64,000 nt of DNA, taken from SAR202 cluster bacterium bin127 (GTDB lineage Bacteria > Chloroflexota > Dehalococcoidia > Lucifugimonadales > Lucifugimonadaceae). The notes beneath the pieces are model-generated. The model ran no database searches. It was not told the DNA's origin and saw only the letters and a program-made list of their open reading frames with translations. The stretch is from assembly GCA_002239045.1 (NCBI GenBank), contig MPNN01000010.1:9245-73244 (forward strand). The letters run 5' to 3'. A program made the position numbers and the translations under genes. Below are positions 1 through 8,011 of this stretch, piece after piece. Positions within the stretch are counted from its first letter, which is position 1, and every line of letters starts with the position of its first letter.

Positions 1-81
1 GTTGATGTTCATTGCGATAGCGTTGTTGCAATCGCGTATCCTGCGTAACTATCCCGGGTCGAACGCCCAAGGAGGAGAATC

Positions 82-1074
82 GTGACAAGAATTACAGGTT
101 TGATCCTGTTAGGAGTAGCTCTTTTTGCACTCGTTGTCGCCTGCACATCCGAGCCAGAAACAGAAACGGTCTCAATTGAACTGGACTGGTCGCCGCCAAA
201 CGCCAACCACTCCGGCATCTACGCCGCCATCGACCAAGGATATTTCGAGGAAGAAAACCTTGAGGTCGACGTAAGCGTCCCCGCCGATGCCGCAGCCATC
301 GCCCAACTCGTCGGGTCAGGGCAGCGCGACTTCGGCATTTTCTACCAGACCGACACCACCCTCGCACGAGCCGCCGGCGTTCCCGTCGTCGCCGTTCGCG
401 CCATCGTCCAAAGCCCAATCAACTCGCTGATGGCCCTCAAATCTTCCGGCATAACCCGGCCTGGCGACCTGAAAGGTAAAAAGGTTGGATACCCGGGCAT
501 TGAGTGGGACGAACTGATGCTCGCCGCGATGCTCGAAGCCGACGGTCTGACCCTCGACGACGTTGAACTCCACGATGTCGGATACGCGCTGTCACAGGTG
601 CTCGCCGCTGGAACCATGGACGCCGTCATCGGCGCATACTGGTCATACGAATCCTTCGTCCTCGAAGACATGGGATTCCCAGTTGAGATCATCTACCCCG
701 AAGACTGGGGCGTACCCCGTTACTACGAGATGATGCTCATAACCTCAGACCAGATGATCGAAGAGAAGCCTGATGTCGTCCGACGCTTCGTAACCGCCTT
801 CACGAAAGGCTTCGAATATGTCGCCGAAGACGGACAACGAGGCATCGACATCCTAGTGAAGCTCAACGAAGACTCCATCGACGAATCAAGCGAATCCTTA
901 GACCGTCGAGGAATCCCCCTCCTCATTCCCGCATGGCTAGACAGCGAAGACGGCAAATTCGGCACCCTCTCCGAATCACAGTGGAAATCAGTCGGCGACT
1001 ACATGAAGAGCCGGGATCTGATCCCGCAGGATTTTGATGTGAGTACTGCTTGGACGGACGAGTTTTATAAGTGA
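82..1074 (+). CDS. NMT1/THI5-like ABC-transporter substrate-binding lipoprotein (thiamine-pyrimidine or sulfonate/nitrate-type SBP)
   Basis: GTG start a few nt after AAGGAGGA (69-76). Signal peptide with lipobox LVVAC. Pattern LDWSPPNANHSGIY, GKKVGYPG and AVIGAYW is typical of NMT1/THI5-like binding proteins. Confidence 0.8.
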   Translation: MTRITGLILLGVALFALVVACTSEPETETVSIELDWSPPNANHSGIYAAIDQGYFEEENLEVDVSVPADAAAIAQLVGSGQRDFGIFYQTDTTLARAAGVPVVAVRAIVQSPINSLMALKSSGITRPGDLKGKKVGYPGIEWDELMLAAMLEADGLTLDDVELHDVGYALSQVLAAGTMDAVIGAYWSYESFVLEDMGFPVEIIYPEDWGVPRYYEMMLITSDQMIEEKPDVVRRFVTAFTKGFEYVAEDGQRGIDILVKLNEDSIDESSESLDRRGIPLLIPAWLDSEDGKFGTLSESQWKSVGDYMKSRDLIPQDFDVSTAWTDEFYK

Positions 1075-1083
1075 GTACGAAAC

Positions 1084-1110
1084 CGCCCCTTTCGTACCAC
1101 GGAAGGGGCG
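1084..1110 (+). terminator. Hairpin directly after the SBP stop codon (possible terminator, no clear U-tract)
   Basis: 8-bp stem CGCCCCTT / AAGGGGCG with an 11-nt loop, 10 nt downstream of the TGA at 1072-1074. Confidence 0.3.
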
Positions 1111-1242
1111 CGAGCAAGCGTAGCGATGCCGCCCGGCGACGCAGGGTATGCCCAGAGCGGGTAAGAGCACCTGCCCCTTCGCCGCGAACACGCTGCCCAT
1201 TCAAACTGTCTATCCCAATTAACATTTACCAAGCAAATCGCG

Positions 1243-2295
1243 TTGCCTTCAACATATGAAGTTCAACCTGTCTCGATCAAGTTCGAGCTTCAACAAATCG
1301 GGCTTGAATCTCGAGGAACCAGGCGCAAATTTTGGATTTTGATTCCCGACGAGCAGATTTTGCCTCATGAACGCAACCTATGGTTGCTGAAATTCCCCCG
1401 AAAGGACACAGGTGAACATTGGGCTGAGAAGATCGCCGCCGAAGTCGGACGACTTATCGACGTCGACTGTGCACGCGTCGAACTAGCCAACTGCGACGGC
1501 GAGCTGGCCACGATATGTGAGTCGTTCAATCCAGGTAACTGGGACGAACTCTATGAGTACTACGTCGATGAAAGTGAAATTGCCGACGATGAATACCTCT
1601 GGACTACCGATACATTGTGGAGTACAGACATCGATCAGATCGACATCGAAGGTTCGATATTCATTCCAGGCTCAGAGATACTGGCATCAAGAATCGATGG
1701 ATACGACACTAGTCCGCAAGTACGTTTTCGCCAACGTGACCACAATGTTCGAAACATCATCAATGCTGTAAAGGAAACGATCAATGGAAATGATGACCAA
1801 GCAGGGCAGGACCTAAATCGAGTTTTGATTTCTCTCGCCTCCTACGCGATATTGGATGGCTTGATCGGCAACATGGACAGGCACCATGAAAATTGGGAGA
1901 TCAAAGACGAAATCTCAAACGGTGTCCGACGGTTCTCCGCGGCTCCCTCCTACGACCACGCATCCTCGCTAGGTCGAGAACTCAAGGACGAACGGCGTAC
2001 TCGGTATCTGGATTCAAACGGGGTCCTCAACTACTTGTGGAGAGGGCATGGTGCCGTTTTCAGTGACGACCAGCAAAAACGCGCTCCTTCCCCTCTCCAA
2101 ATCGCCAAATACATCTCTCAACACTGGCCTGACTACACCCGGCCAATTCTGCAGAGAATCGGTTCTACACCAGATTCCGAGTTTCGAACCACAATTGATA
2201 GAGTACCAACAGAGTTCATGTCCGATATCGCCAAAGAATTCGCGTACCAGATCATCGTCACCAGCAAATCAGAACTGCTCAAACTCACCCAATGA
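1243..2295 (+). CDS. HipA-like Ser/Thr kinase, kinase core only (HipT-like, lacks the HipA N-terminal subdomain)
   Basis: TTG start. Motifs: SRGTRRKFW (Gly-rich loop region), WLLKFP, catalytic loop LIGNMDRHHENW, and APSYDHASS (Mg-binding Asp region). Confidence 0.75.
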   Translation: MPSTYEVQPVSIKFELQQIGLESRGTRRKFWILIPDEQILPHERNLWLLKFPRKDTGEHWAEKIAAEVGRLIDVDCARVELANCDGELATICESFNPGNWDELYEYYVDESEIADDEYLWTTDTLWSTDIDQIDIEGSIFIPGSEILASRIDGYDTSPQVRFRQRDHNVRNIINAVKETINGNDDQAGQDLNRVLISLASYAILDGLIGNMDRHHENWEIKDEISNGVRRFSAAPSYDHASSLGRELKDERRTRYLDSNGVLNYLWRGHGAVFSDDQQKRAPSPLQIAKYISQHWPDYTRPILQRIGSTPDSEFRTTIDRVPTEFMSDIAKEFAYQIIVTSKSELLKLTQ

Positions 2296-3068
2296 CTACT
2301 CTGTTTCTCGCATGTCATGACCGACGAAATCGGAGTTGGTATCCCGTGGGACGACTCACTAGGAACGACTCCGAACCCGTTGAATACGAGTTTGAATACA
2401 TCCGAGGCGCTTTTGAGGCCAAGAATTCGGCGATCCCCCTCGCTGTTCCCGTTCCCGGATTCCCCGAGCTAGATAAGGCATACCGAGCAACCGAGATATT
2501 TCCGATTTTCCGCTACCGCGCAATGAACAAACGACGTCCTGACCGCCCGGAATATCTGAATCTCTTTGGGTTGGACCCCGACGATACCGACGTGCTCGCG
2601 GAACTCGCAATCTCAGGCGGTCACAGCGTCGCCGACACCTTCGAAATCTTCCCCGCCATCGAACCAGATACCCAAGGGCGTTTTAAGACTCGTTTCATCG
2701 TACAAGGTTTGCGATCGTCGGACCCCTCAACCATCGAACGCATCGCATCTCTCAATCCGTGCGACCTCCTCGAACTGGCCCTAACAGTCAAAGTCCAATC
2801 TCCGCAACATTCGATCCGCGTAACAACCATCGAAAAAGTGCACTTAGGTTGGCTACCAAGGCACCTCGCAGACTTTCTACGCCAACCCGACATCATCAAC
2901 CTCGCAGACATTCAACTCCGAGTCGTCCAAGTCAACCACCAAGCTCCACTGAGTCACCGCCTGCTAGTCGAAATCACTGGCCAACTGCCGACCGGCATCG
3001 ATCCGATGAGTGAACTAGAGCAGTATCAGCCGGTCTCTAGTCCTGCCAAGGGATCGGCGACCACCTGA
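2292..3068 (+). CDS. HipS-like (HipA N-terminal subdomain-like) domain fused to a C-terminal HIRAN-like domain
   Basis: ATGA start/stop overlap with the kinase gene (2292-2295). N-terminal pattern: WYPVGRL, YEFEY, FPIFRYR, LAELAISGGHSVADTFEIFP. C-terminal pattern: VQGLRSS, LNPCDLLEL, HSIRV, LGWLPRHLADFL, RLLVEI. Domain calls rest on pattern only. Confidence 0.55.
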   Translation: MTTLFLACHDRRNRSWYPVGRLTRNDSEPVEYEFEYIRGAFEAKNSAIPLAVPVPGFPELDKAYRATEIFPIFRYRAMNKRRPDRPEYLNLFGLDPDDTDVLAELAISGGHSVADTFEIFPAIEPDTQGRFKTRFIVQGLRSSDPSTIERIASLNPCDLLELALTVKVQSPQHSIRVTTIEKVHLGWLPRHLADFLRQPDIINLADIQLRVVQVNHQAPLSHRLLVEITGQLPTGIDPMSELEQYQPVSSPAKGSATT

Positions 3069-3110
3069 TTACCTTAGGTCACGCCAACCGGCTCACGAGA
3101 TAATCGACGA

Positions 3111-4064
3111 TTGACAGAAAACAGCATTTCTAAGCAACAGTTCAATTTCAGCATCGGTTGGACCGCGTGGATTGGAATGGCAGTCCTCTATGTACTGACC
3201 TACTTGGCGTACCAATCACCATACCGATTGCTACAAGGGACTGGTGTACATGTCAGCGACGCAGAACGGTTTTTGTTTCCGTTGATCCCGGTCGGGATTC
3301 TTGCAGGTTCGATAATCATCCACGAGGCGGCTCACGCCATCGCCATGGCGGCCAACGACATCAAAGTTGGCAAGATACGCCTGGAGATTTGGGGAGGGTA
3401 CACGGCGCCTACAGATGATAGTCCCTCATTACTGCATATCCCTGCTACCAAATCTTTCGCTATATATTTCGTGGGACCGTGTTCCAATCTAGTACTTGCA
3501 GCCGCATTTCTCTTTTTCGCACCTGAACCGCTTCGCTCTGATGAAATATCAAGCCCTATTGGGTTGTTTGTGCACGGTTGGTTCGAACGTGGCTTCGAAT
3601 TCAACTTGATTTTGGCGCTGTTCAATCTCATCCCGTTGTTTCCATTGGATGGCGGTCACGTGCTACGTAGCATACTGATGGGCATCTGTGGAAGTGCTAT
3701 GGCGGCGGGTTTGGTGTCAGGCACGTTCAGCATTCTTGTCGGCTCAGCTTACGTGCGCTACATCGCCACAGCGGTAATCGAGGCTAGAATAGCCAGTATT
3801 GAGGACGCATGGCCAGTGATTCAATCGTACGCCTTGCTAGGTATTTTTGCTGGAATTATTGTTCTAACTTCATTCCTGATGTTGGTGGTTACACTCTTCG
3901 AACGACCCCCAGCAGGTTCGAAGTCGATCAATTTGTCCCAACGACTGTTAACGATGTTGTTGATGGTGTCACTAGTCGGTTTTGGTTATGTTCTTCATTT
4001 CAAAGGTTATTGGGAACGATTACCCCTTCCGACCGAACTATACGCCGCCCTGTTAGGTTCTTAG
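3111..4064 (+). CDS. Site-2 protease family (M50) intramembrane zinc metalloprotease
   Basis: HEAAH (HExxH) inside a TM segment, plus NLIPLFPLDGGH (M50 NxxPxxxLDG motif). Multiple TM helices. TTG start is uncertain; an in-frame ATG at 3177 would truncate TM1. Confidence 0.8.
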   Translation: MTENSISKQQFNFSIGWTAWIGMAVLYVLTYLAYQSPYRLLQGTGVHVSDAERFLFPLIPVGILAGSIIIHEAAHAIAMAANDIKVGKIRLEIWGGYTAPTDDSPSLLHIPATKSFAIYFVGPCSNLVLAAAFLFFAPEPLRSDEISSPIGLFVHGWFERGFEFNLILALFNLIPLFPLDGGHVLRSILMGICGSAMAAGLVSGTFSILVGSAYVRYIATAVIEARIASIEDAWPVIQSYALLGIFAGIIVLTSFLMLVVTLFERPPAGSKSINLSQRLLTMLLMVSLVGFGYVLHFKGYWERLPLPTELYAALLGS

Positions 4065-4253
4065 CTAGGCATCTAACCATTCAAAGATGCTGATGGTGAA
4101 GCGTAGGGAGATGCCGAATCCCCCTCAAAACATCTGCCGCGGACAAGCCAGATGACCCGAAATCTCCGCAACCTCGCCTAGCAAACATACCCAGTCCCAA
4201 CAACCGCTTCAAAACGCTTGACAATTGTGCCAAAATGCGATTAACCTTTCGTT

Positions 4254-4481
4254 ATGGCAACTGAACCGAGAACTGACTCCCCATACGCCACGCAATTGGA
4301 CATCGAACGCCTCCGAGAAGCGACGCAGTCCGACATTGAGCGTCTGCGAGACTCGACCCAGTTGGACATCGAACGTCTCCGCGTCGAATTCCACAAGGCG
4401 ATAAACACCCAGACTTGGCGTATTATCGCCGCCGGGTTCACCGCCGCGGGCCTGTTACTAGCCGGTATCAAGTTCCTCTAG
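4254..4481 (+). CDS. Small C-terminally membrane-anchored coiled-coil protein with a triple DIERLR repeat (DUF1640-like pattern)
   Basis: 75 aa. Three 11-aa units (QLDIERLREAT / QSDIERLRDST / QLDIERLRVEF) followed by a hydrophobic helix WRIIAAGFTAAGLLLAGI. Confidence 0.55.
   Translation: MATEPRTDSPYATQLDIERLREATQSDIERLRDSTQLDIERLRVEFHKAINTQTWRIIAAGFTAAGLLLAGIKFL
4293..4391 (+). repeat. 33-bp x3 in-frame tandem repeat inside the small CDS
   Basis: Units at 4293-4325, 4326-4358 and 4359-4391, each beginning CA(A/G)T(T/C)(G/C)GACAT(C/T)GA(A/G)CG. Confidence 0.9.
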
Positions 4482-4531
4482 GCCGAACAAACCCGTCATT
4501 CCGATCGCTTAAGAATCCTTCAAATCCTAGT

Positions 4532-5428
4532 TCAATACCCCCGGCGCGGATATGCCAGATGTCCCACCATTCCCGTCTTCGCCACCCGGTAAACATGACC
4601 GGTAGCGAAAGTCACGAACAGCGCGTCTAACCCCGGACCGCCGAAGGCGCAGTTTGTCGGACTATCTGCCGGCGTCCGATAAGTCGCCCTAACCAGACCA
4701 CTGGGCTCGAAGACATAAATCGCCGAACCCGCGCCAGCCGTCGGCTCACCGGCTGTTGCCAGAATCTGACCATCTGTCGTCAGTGCCATGCCGTCGATGC
4801 CGCGACCCTCACCGAAGTCGAACAACACTGTTCCGTCGCCCAGCGTCCCGTCTGAGTTGATCGGATACGCCCTAAGTTGACGCCGAAGGCTCTTGTTGAC
4901 CGGACTCTCGGCGACATACAGGATCGACTGATCCGCCGACAACAGCACCCCATTTGGCCGGTTGGTATCGAACGTTACCCGTTTCGTGGTCCAGTTGCCA
5001 CCGAACGAGTGCGCTGCTAGGTATACCGATTCATGTGGAAGGTTGTTTGGCTGGGCAGAGTAGTTCGGGTCCGAGAAGTAGATGCGCCCTTGGCCGTCAA
5101 CGTCGAGGTCGTTCGGCATGTTGAGCATGGCGCCGTCGAGATTGTCGGCGATGACCGTCGTGTCCGAATTCGGATTCGCAGGGTCGATCTCCACGACGTG
5201 GTTGCCACCACCTTCACACGCGAACAACCGACCCGTACGGTCGAACTTCATCCCATTCGCCTGATTGGTGTCCGTCCGCCACACCTCGCTCTCGCCAGTC
5301 TTCGGGTCCCATCGATAAGTTGCCGCTGCGTAACACTCGTTGTAGAGCAGGGCGTTTCCGTCCCACGTTGGCCCCTCAGTGAGCGAATCGTGTTTGGCGA
5401 TTAGTTCCCATTCCCAAGAATCGTTCAT
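4532..5428 (-). CDS. SMP-30/gluconolactonase/LRE-family lactonase-like protein
   Basis: Six-bladed propeller-type pattern: LTEGPTWDG, PNDLDVDGQGRIYFSDP, PNGVLLSADQSILYVAE, GIDGMALTTDG. Confidence 0.85.
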   Translation of the reverse strand: MNDSWEWELIAKHDSLTEGPTWDGNALLYNECYAAATYRWDPKTGESEVWRTDTNQANGMKFDRTGRLFACEGGGNHVVEIDPANPNSDTTVIADNLDGAMLNMPNDLDVDGQGRIYFSDPNYSAQPNNLPHESVYLAAHSFGGNWTTKRVTFDTNRPNGVLLSADQSILYVAESPVNKSLRRQLRAYPINSDGTLGDGTVLFDFGEGRGIDGMALTTDGQILATAGEPTAGAGSAIYVFEPSGLVRATYRTPADSPTNCAFGGPGLDALFVTFATGHVYRVAKTGMVGHLAYPRRGY

Positions 5429-5482
5429 CGGTAATCCGGACCTTTGATTAATTTTGATGTCGGAGCTGCGTTGCGCTGATGA

Positions 5483-6352
5483 TCACTGCGGATAGAGCAG
5501 GTGTCCAGTCAATCCGGTGTCGCGGGAAACTAAGCAGTGGCCTTCGATGGAGGAGACGTATAGATTACCGTCGGCGAAGGTGCAGTTGGTCGGCCGTTGC
5601 GCGACTACTGGATGCTGTTCGATGATCATGCCGTCTGGATCGAAGTGGGTGACGTTGCCGCCCGGTCCAGACACTTCCCAACCGGTGCAGGCGACAATGC
5701 TGCCGTCTGAGGCGAGAGTCATGCCGTCGATGCCGCGATGAGGCCCAAAGTCGTGGAGGATTCTGCATTCGCCGAGCGAGCCGTCGTCGTTGACCGGATA
5801 GGCGCGCAGGTCTCGGCTCTCGCTAGCACGGAAATCGCTCTGTGCAACGTAGAGCGTCTTGTAATCGCTGGAAAAGATCAGTCCGTTGGGCTGAGTAGTG
5901 TCGAACGTGCGGCGTGTGCAGACCCAATTGCCGTCGTTATCTTGTTCAGCCGAGATGATCGCCGAGTAAGTTATGCCCACGTCGGGGTTCGACTCGCCGA
6001 CGCGGTCGGAGAAGTAGATCGCGCCCGAGGGAGTAATTGCCAGGTCGTTAGGGCTGTTAAGTAGAACGCCGTCTATCCGGTCGACAACGGTCTCGAAACT
6101 GCCGTCGTCGTTGAAATTGACCAATTTGCGACCGGCGCTGGCGCAACCGTAGAGGTTGCCGTCGGCATCGTAGTTCAGGCCATTCGTGCCTTCGGTGTTT
6201 TCAGCGAACACATCGACGAGACCGGACTCGACATCGAGTCGCATGATGCGGTCGAGGGCGATGTTGCTGTAGAGCATGTGCGAGCCGGTCCAGCAGTTGC
6301 CTTCGGTAATAGTGCCGATCATGGGTGCCGCGTCTTCAAATGTCCAAGGCAT
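5483..6352 (-). CDS. SMP-30/gluconolactonase/LRE-family protein (paralog)
   Basis: Pattern PNDLAITPSGAIYFSD, PNGLIFSSDYKTLYVAQ, GIDGMTLASDG. Start moved to the ATG at 6352 (MPWTFED), preceded by GGGAGA. The longer ORF start at 6400 would overlap the neighbouring gene. Confidence 0.85.
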   Translation of the reverse strand: MPWTFEDAAPMIGTITEGNCWTGSHMLYSNIALDRIMRLDVESGLVDVFAENTEGTNGLNYDADGNLYGCASAGRKLVNFNDDGSFETVVDRIDGVLLNSPNDLAITPSGAIYFSDRVGESNPDVGITYSAIISAEQDNDGNWVCTRRTFDTTQPNGLIFSSDYKTLYVAQSDFRASESRDLRAYPVNDDGSLGECRILHDFGPHRGIDGMTLASDGSIVACTGWEVSGPGGNVTHFDPDGMIIEQHPVVAQRPTNCTFADGNLYVSSIEGHCLVSRDTGLTGHLLYPQ

Positions 6353-6390
6353 TGTTAATTCTCCCGATTGGATAGGGGTTAGATGGTTGG

Positions 6391-7146
6391 TCAGGCACAA
6401 CCAAGTTGATTGGCCATGTCGTCGAAATCGGTAGCGGATACGTCGAAAGATGAAGTGTCGGGCATCTCGACGGGGTTTTCGGAACCACGTTCGAAGGGTC
6501 GGTAGACAAACCCAGTGGCTAGACCTTGGCGGGATGCCGCTTCCAAATCGCCAACATGAGCGGCGACCATCATGACTTGCTCGGTGTTTAGTCCGAGAAG
6601 TTTTGCGGCGTTGTTGTAGACCTTCGGCGACGGTTTGTATGCACCGTAGACATCAGGCGACATCACCGCGTCCCAAGGCAGGTCGGCATGTTTTGCCATG
6701 TTGACGAGAAGAGCGAGGTTGCCGTTAGAAGCGGTGGCGATGATGTATTTCGACTTGAGGCGGCGTAATCCTCCTGGGGAGTCCGGCCAACCATCTAGGC
6801 GATGCCATGCACGGTTGAGATGCTGCTTCGCCTCCTCGTTCATGATTTCGGATAGTCCGTATTCCTCAAGCAGCACGTCCAGTTTTTCTCGGTGAATTTC
6901 GTCAACCAGTCGCCAAGGTCCGTCGCCGCTACTGAGTTCACGGGTCGACTTTCCGTACCATGCTCGCCACTCGTCGGCGAACCGGCCCCAATCGCCGTCT
7001 GGCATCCCGTGCTCTGTCGCCGATTTTGAAACTTCGGCGATTATCGAATCACGCCAATTGACCACAGTCCCGAAGACATCGAATATCAATGCTTCGACCT
7101 TTGAGAGATCGTGTCGACGTTCTTTTGGGCGTGCATCTGGCATCAC
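6391..7146 (-). CDS. Haloacid dehalogenase type II / HAD-superfamily hydrolase
   Basis: HAD motif I in the FDVFGTVV context, ATASNGN, and YKPSPKVY, typical of L-2-haloacid dehalogenase-type HADs. Confidence 0.75.
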   Translation of the reverse strand: MMPDARPKERRHDLSKVEALIFDVFGTVVNWRDSIIAEVSKSATEHGMPDGDWGRFADEWRAWYGKSTRELSSGDGPWRLVDEIHREKLDVLLEEYGLSEIMNEEAKQHLNRAWHRLDGWPDSPGGLRRLKSKYIIATASNGNLALLVNMAKHADLPWDAVMSPDVYGAYKPSPKVYNNAAKLLGLNTEQVMMVAAHVGDLEAASRQGLATGFVYRPFERGSENPVEMPDTSSFDVSATDFDDMANQLGCA

Positions 7147-7161
7147 GCTTGCGTATTCTAT

Positions 7162-7995
7162 ATGGAAATGAACTCCGCAAGCCCACCTCGCGCGTTGACC
7201 ATAGCCGGGTCCGATTCCGGCGGCGGCGCGGGGATTCAGGCGGACTTAAAGACGTTCGCCGCACTTGGAGTTTTCGGTACCAGCGCGATAACCGCGATAA
7301 CGGCGCAAAATACTCTCGGCGTGACTGCTGTAGCGGAAGTGCCGGTTGAGGTTATCAACGATCAGATCGACGCGGTGGTGTCCGATATCGGCGTCGACGC
7401 CGTAAAGACCGGAATGCTGTCGTCAACGGAGATCGTAGAGTGCGTCGCCGAAGCCGTAAAACGGCTTGAACTCGCACCTCTCGTTGTAGACCCGGTGATG
7501 ATTGCCGCAACCGGGGCGCAGCTTTTGCAGGATGATGCTGTCGAGAGCGTGAGGAAACAGTTGGTGCCTCGGTCATCGGTAGTCACGCCCAACGTGCCAG
7601 AGGCAGAGACCTTGACGGGAATCGAGATCGATTCGGTGGAGGATATGGAGCTGGCTGGCGGTGAATTGGTGATGATGGGTGCGGATGCCGCCGTAGTCAA
7701 GGGTGGCCACTTCGATGACGGCACAGGGCGGGTCAACGACGTTTTGGTTACGAAAGCAGGTGCTCGCACGTTCACGACACTGCGGATCGACACGACCAGC
7801 AATCACGGTACTGGTTGTACCTTTGCATCGGCGGTTGCGGCGCATTTGGCGCACGGTCTTGATCTCGCGCCTGCCGTTGAACTGTCCCAGAGATATGTTT
7901 GGAACGCGATGGCGAATGCTGCCTCGATTGGTGGCGGACACGGACCGTTGAACCACATGTGGGCGCATTCATACGTCCCGAATGAACAGAATTAG
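7162..7995 (+). CDS. thiD: Hydroxymethylpyrimidine/phosphomethylpyrimidine kinase
   Basis: ALTIAGSDSGGGAGIQADLKTF, ITAQNT, VVDPVM, and the C-terminal HGTGCTFASA. Start placed at the ATG at 7162 rather than the ORF-track 7111. Confidence 0.85.
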   Translation: MEMNSASPPRALTIAGSDSGGGAGIQADLKTFAALGVFGTSAITAITAQNTLGVTAVAEVPVEVINDQIDAVVSDIGVDAVKTGMLSSTEIVECVAEAVKRLELAPLVVDPVMIAATGAQLLQDDAVESVRKQLVPRSSVVTPNVPEAETLTGIEIDSVEDMELAGGELVMMGADAAVVKGGHFDDGTGRVNDVLVTKAGARTFTTLRIDTTSNHGTGCTFASAVAAHLAHGLDLAPAVELSQRYVWNAMANAASIGGGHGPLNHMWAHSYVPNEQN

Positions 7996-8011
7996 AAAGT
8001 CTGGAGACGCA

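Noticed and set aside
1-81. Possible TPP riboswitch upstream of the NMT1/THI5-like binding-protein gene, given the thiamine context with thiD in the window.
   Set aside because: Only 81 nt are visible. The segment ATCCCGGGTCGAACGCCCAAGGAGG loosely resembles the 3' part of the TPP aptamer, but the hallmark CUGAGA element and a clean P4/P5 helix are not present. The call cannot be made without the upstream sequence and a covariance-model search (RF00059).
1071-1259. 62-aa ORF upstream of the HipA-like kinase, considered as a possible HipB-type antitoxin.
   Set aside because: It is Arg/Pro-rich with no helix-turn-helix pattern. It overlaps the post-SBP hairpin and the kinase start, and its start is a GTG overlapping the SBP stop. 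It looks like a GC-driven spurious frame.
4293-4391. The tandem repeats at 4293-4391 and 56840-56974, considered as CRISPR-like arrays.
   Set aside because: The units are directly adjacent with no spacers. They are in-frame multiples of 3 (33 and 45 bp) and sit inside ORFs with sensible peptide repeats. No cas genes are present.
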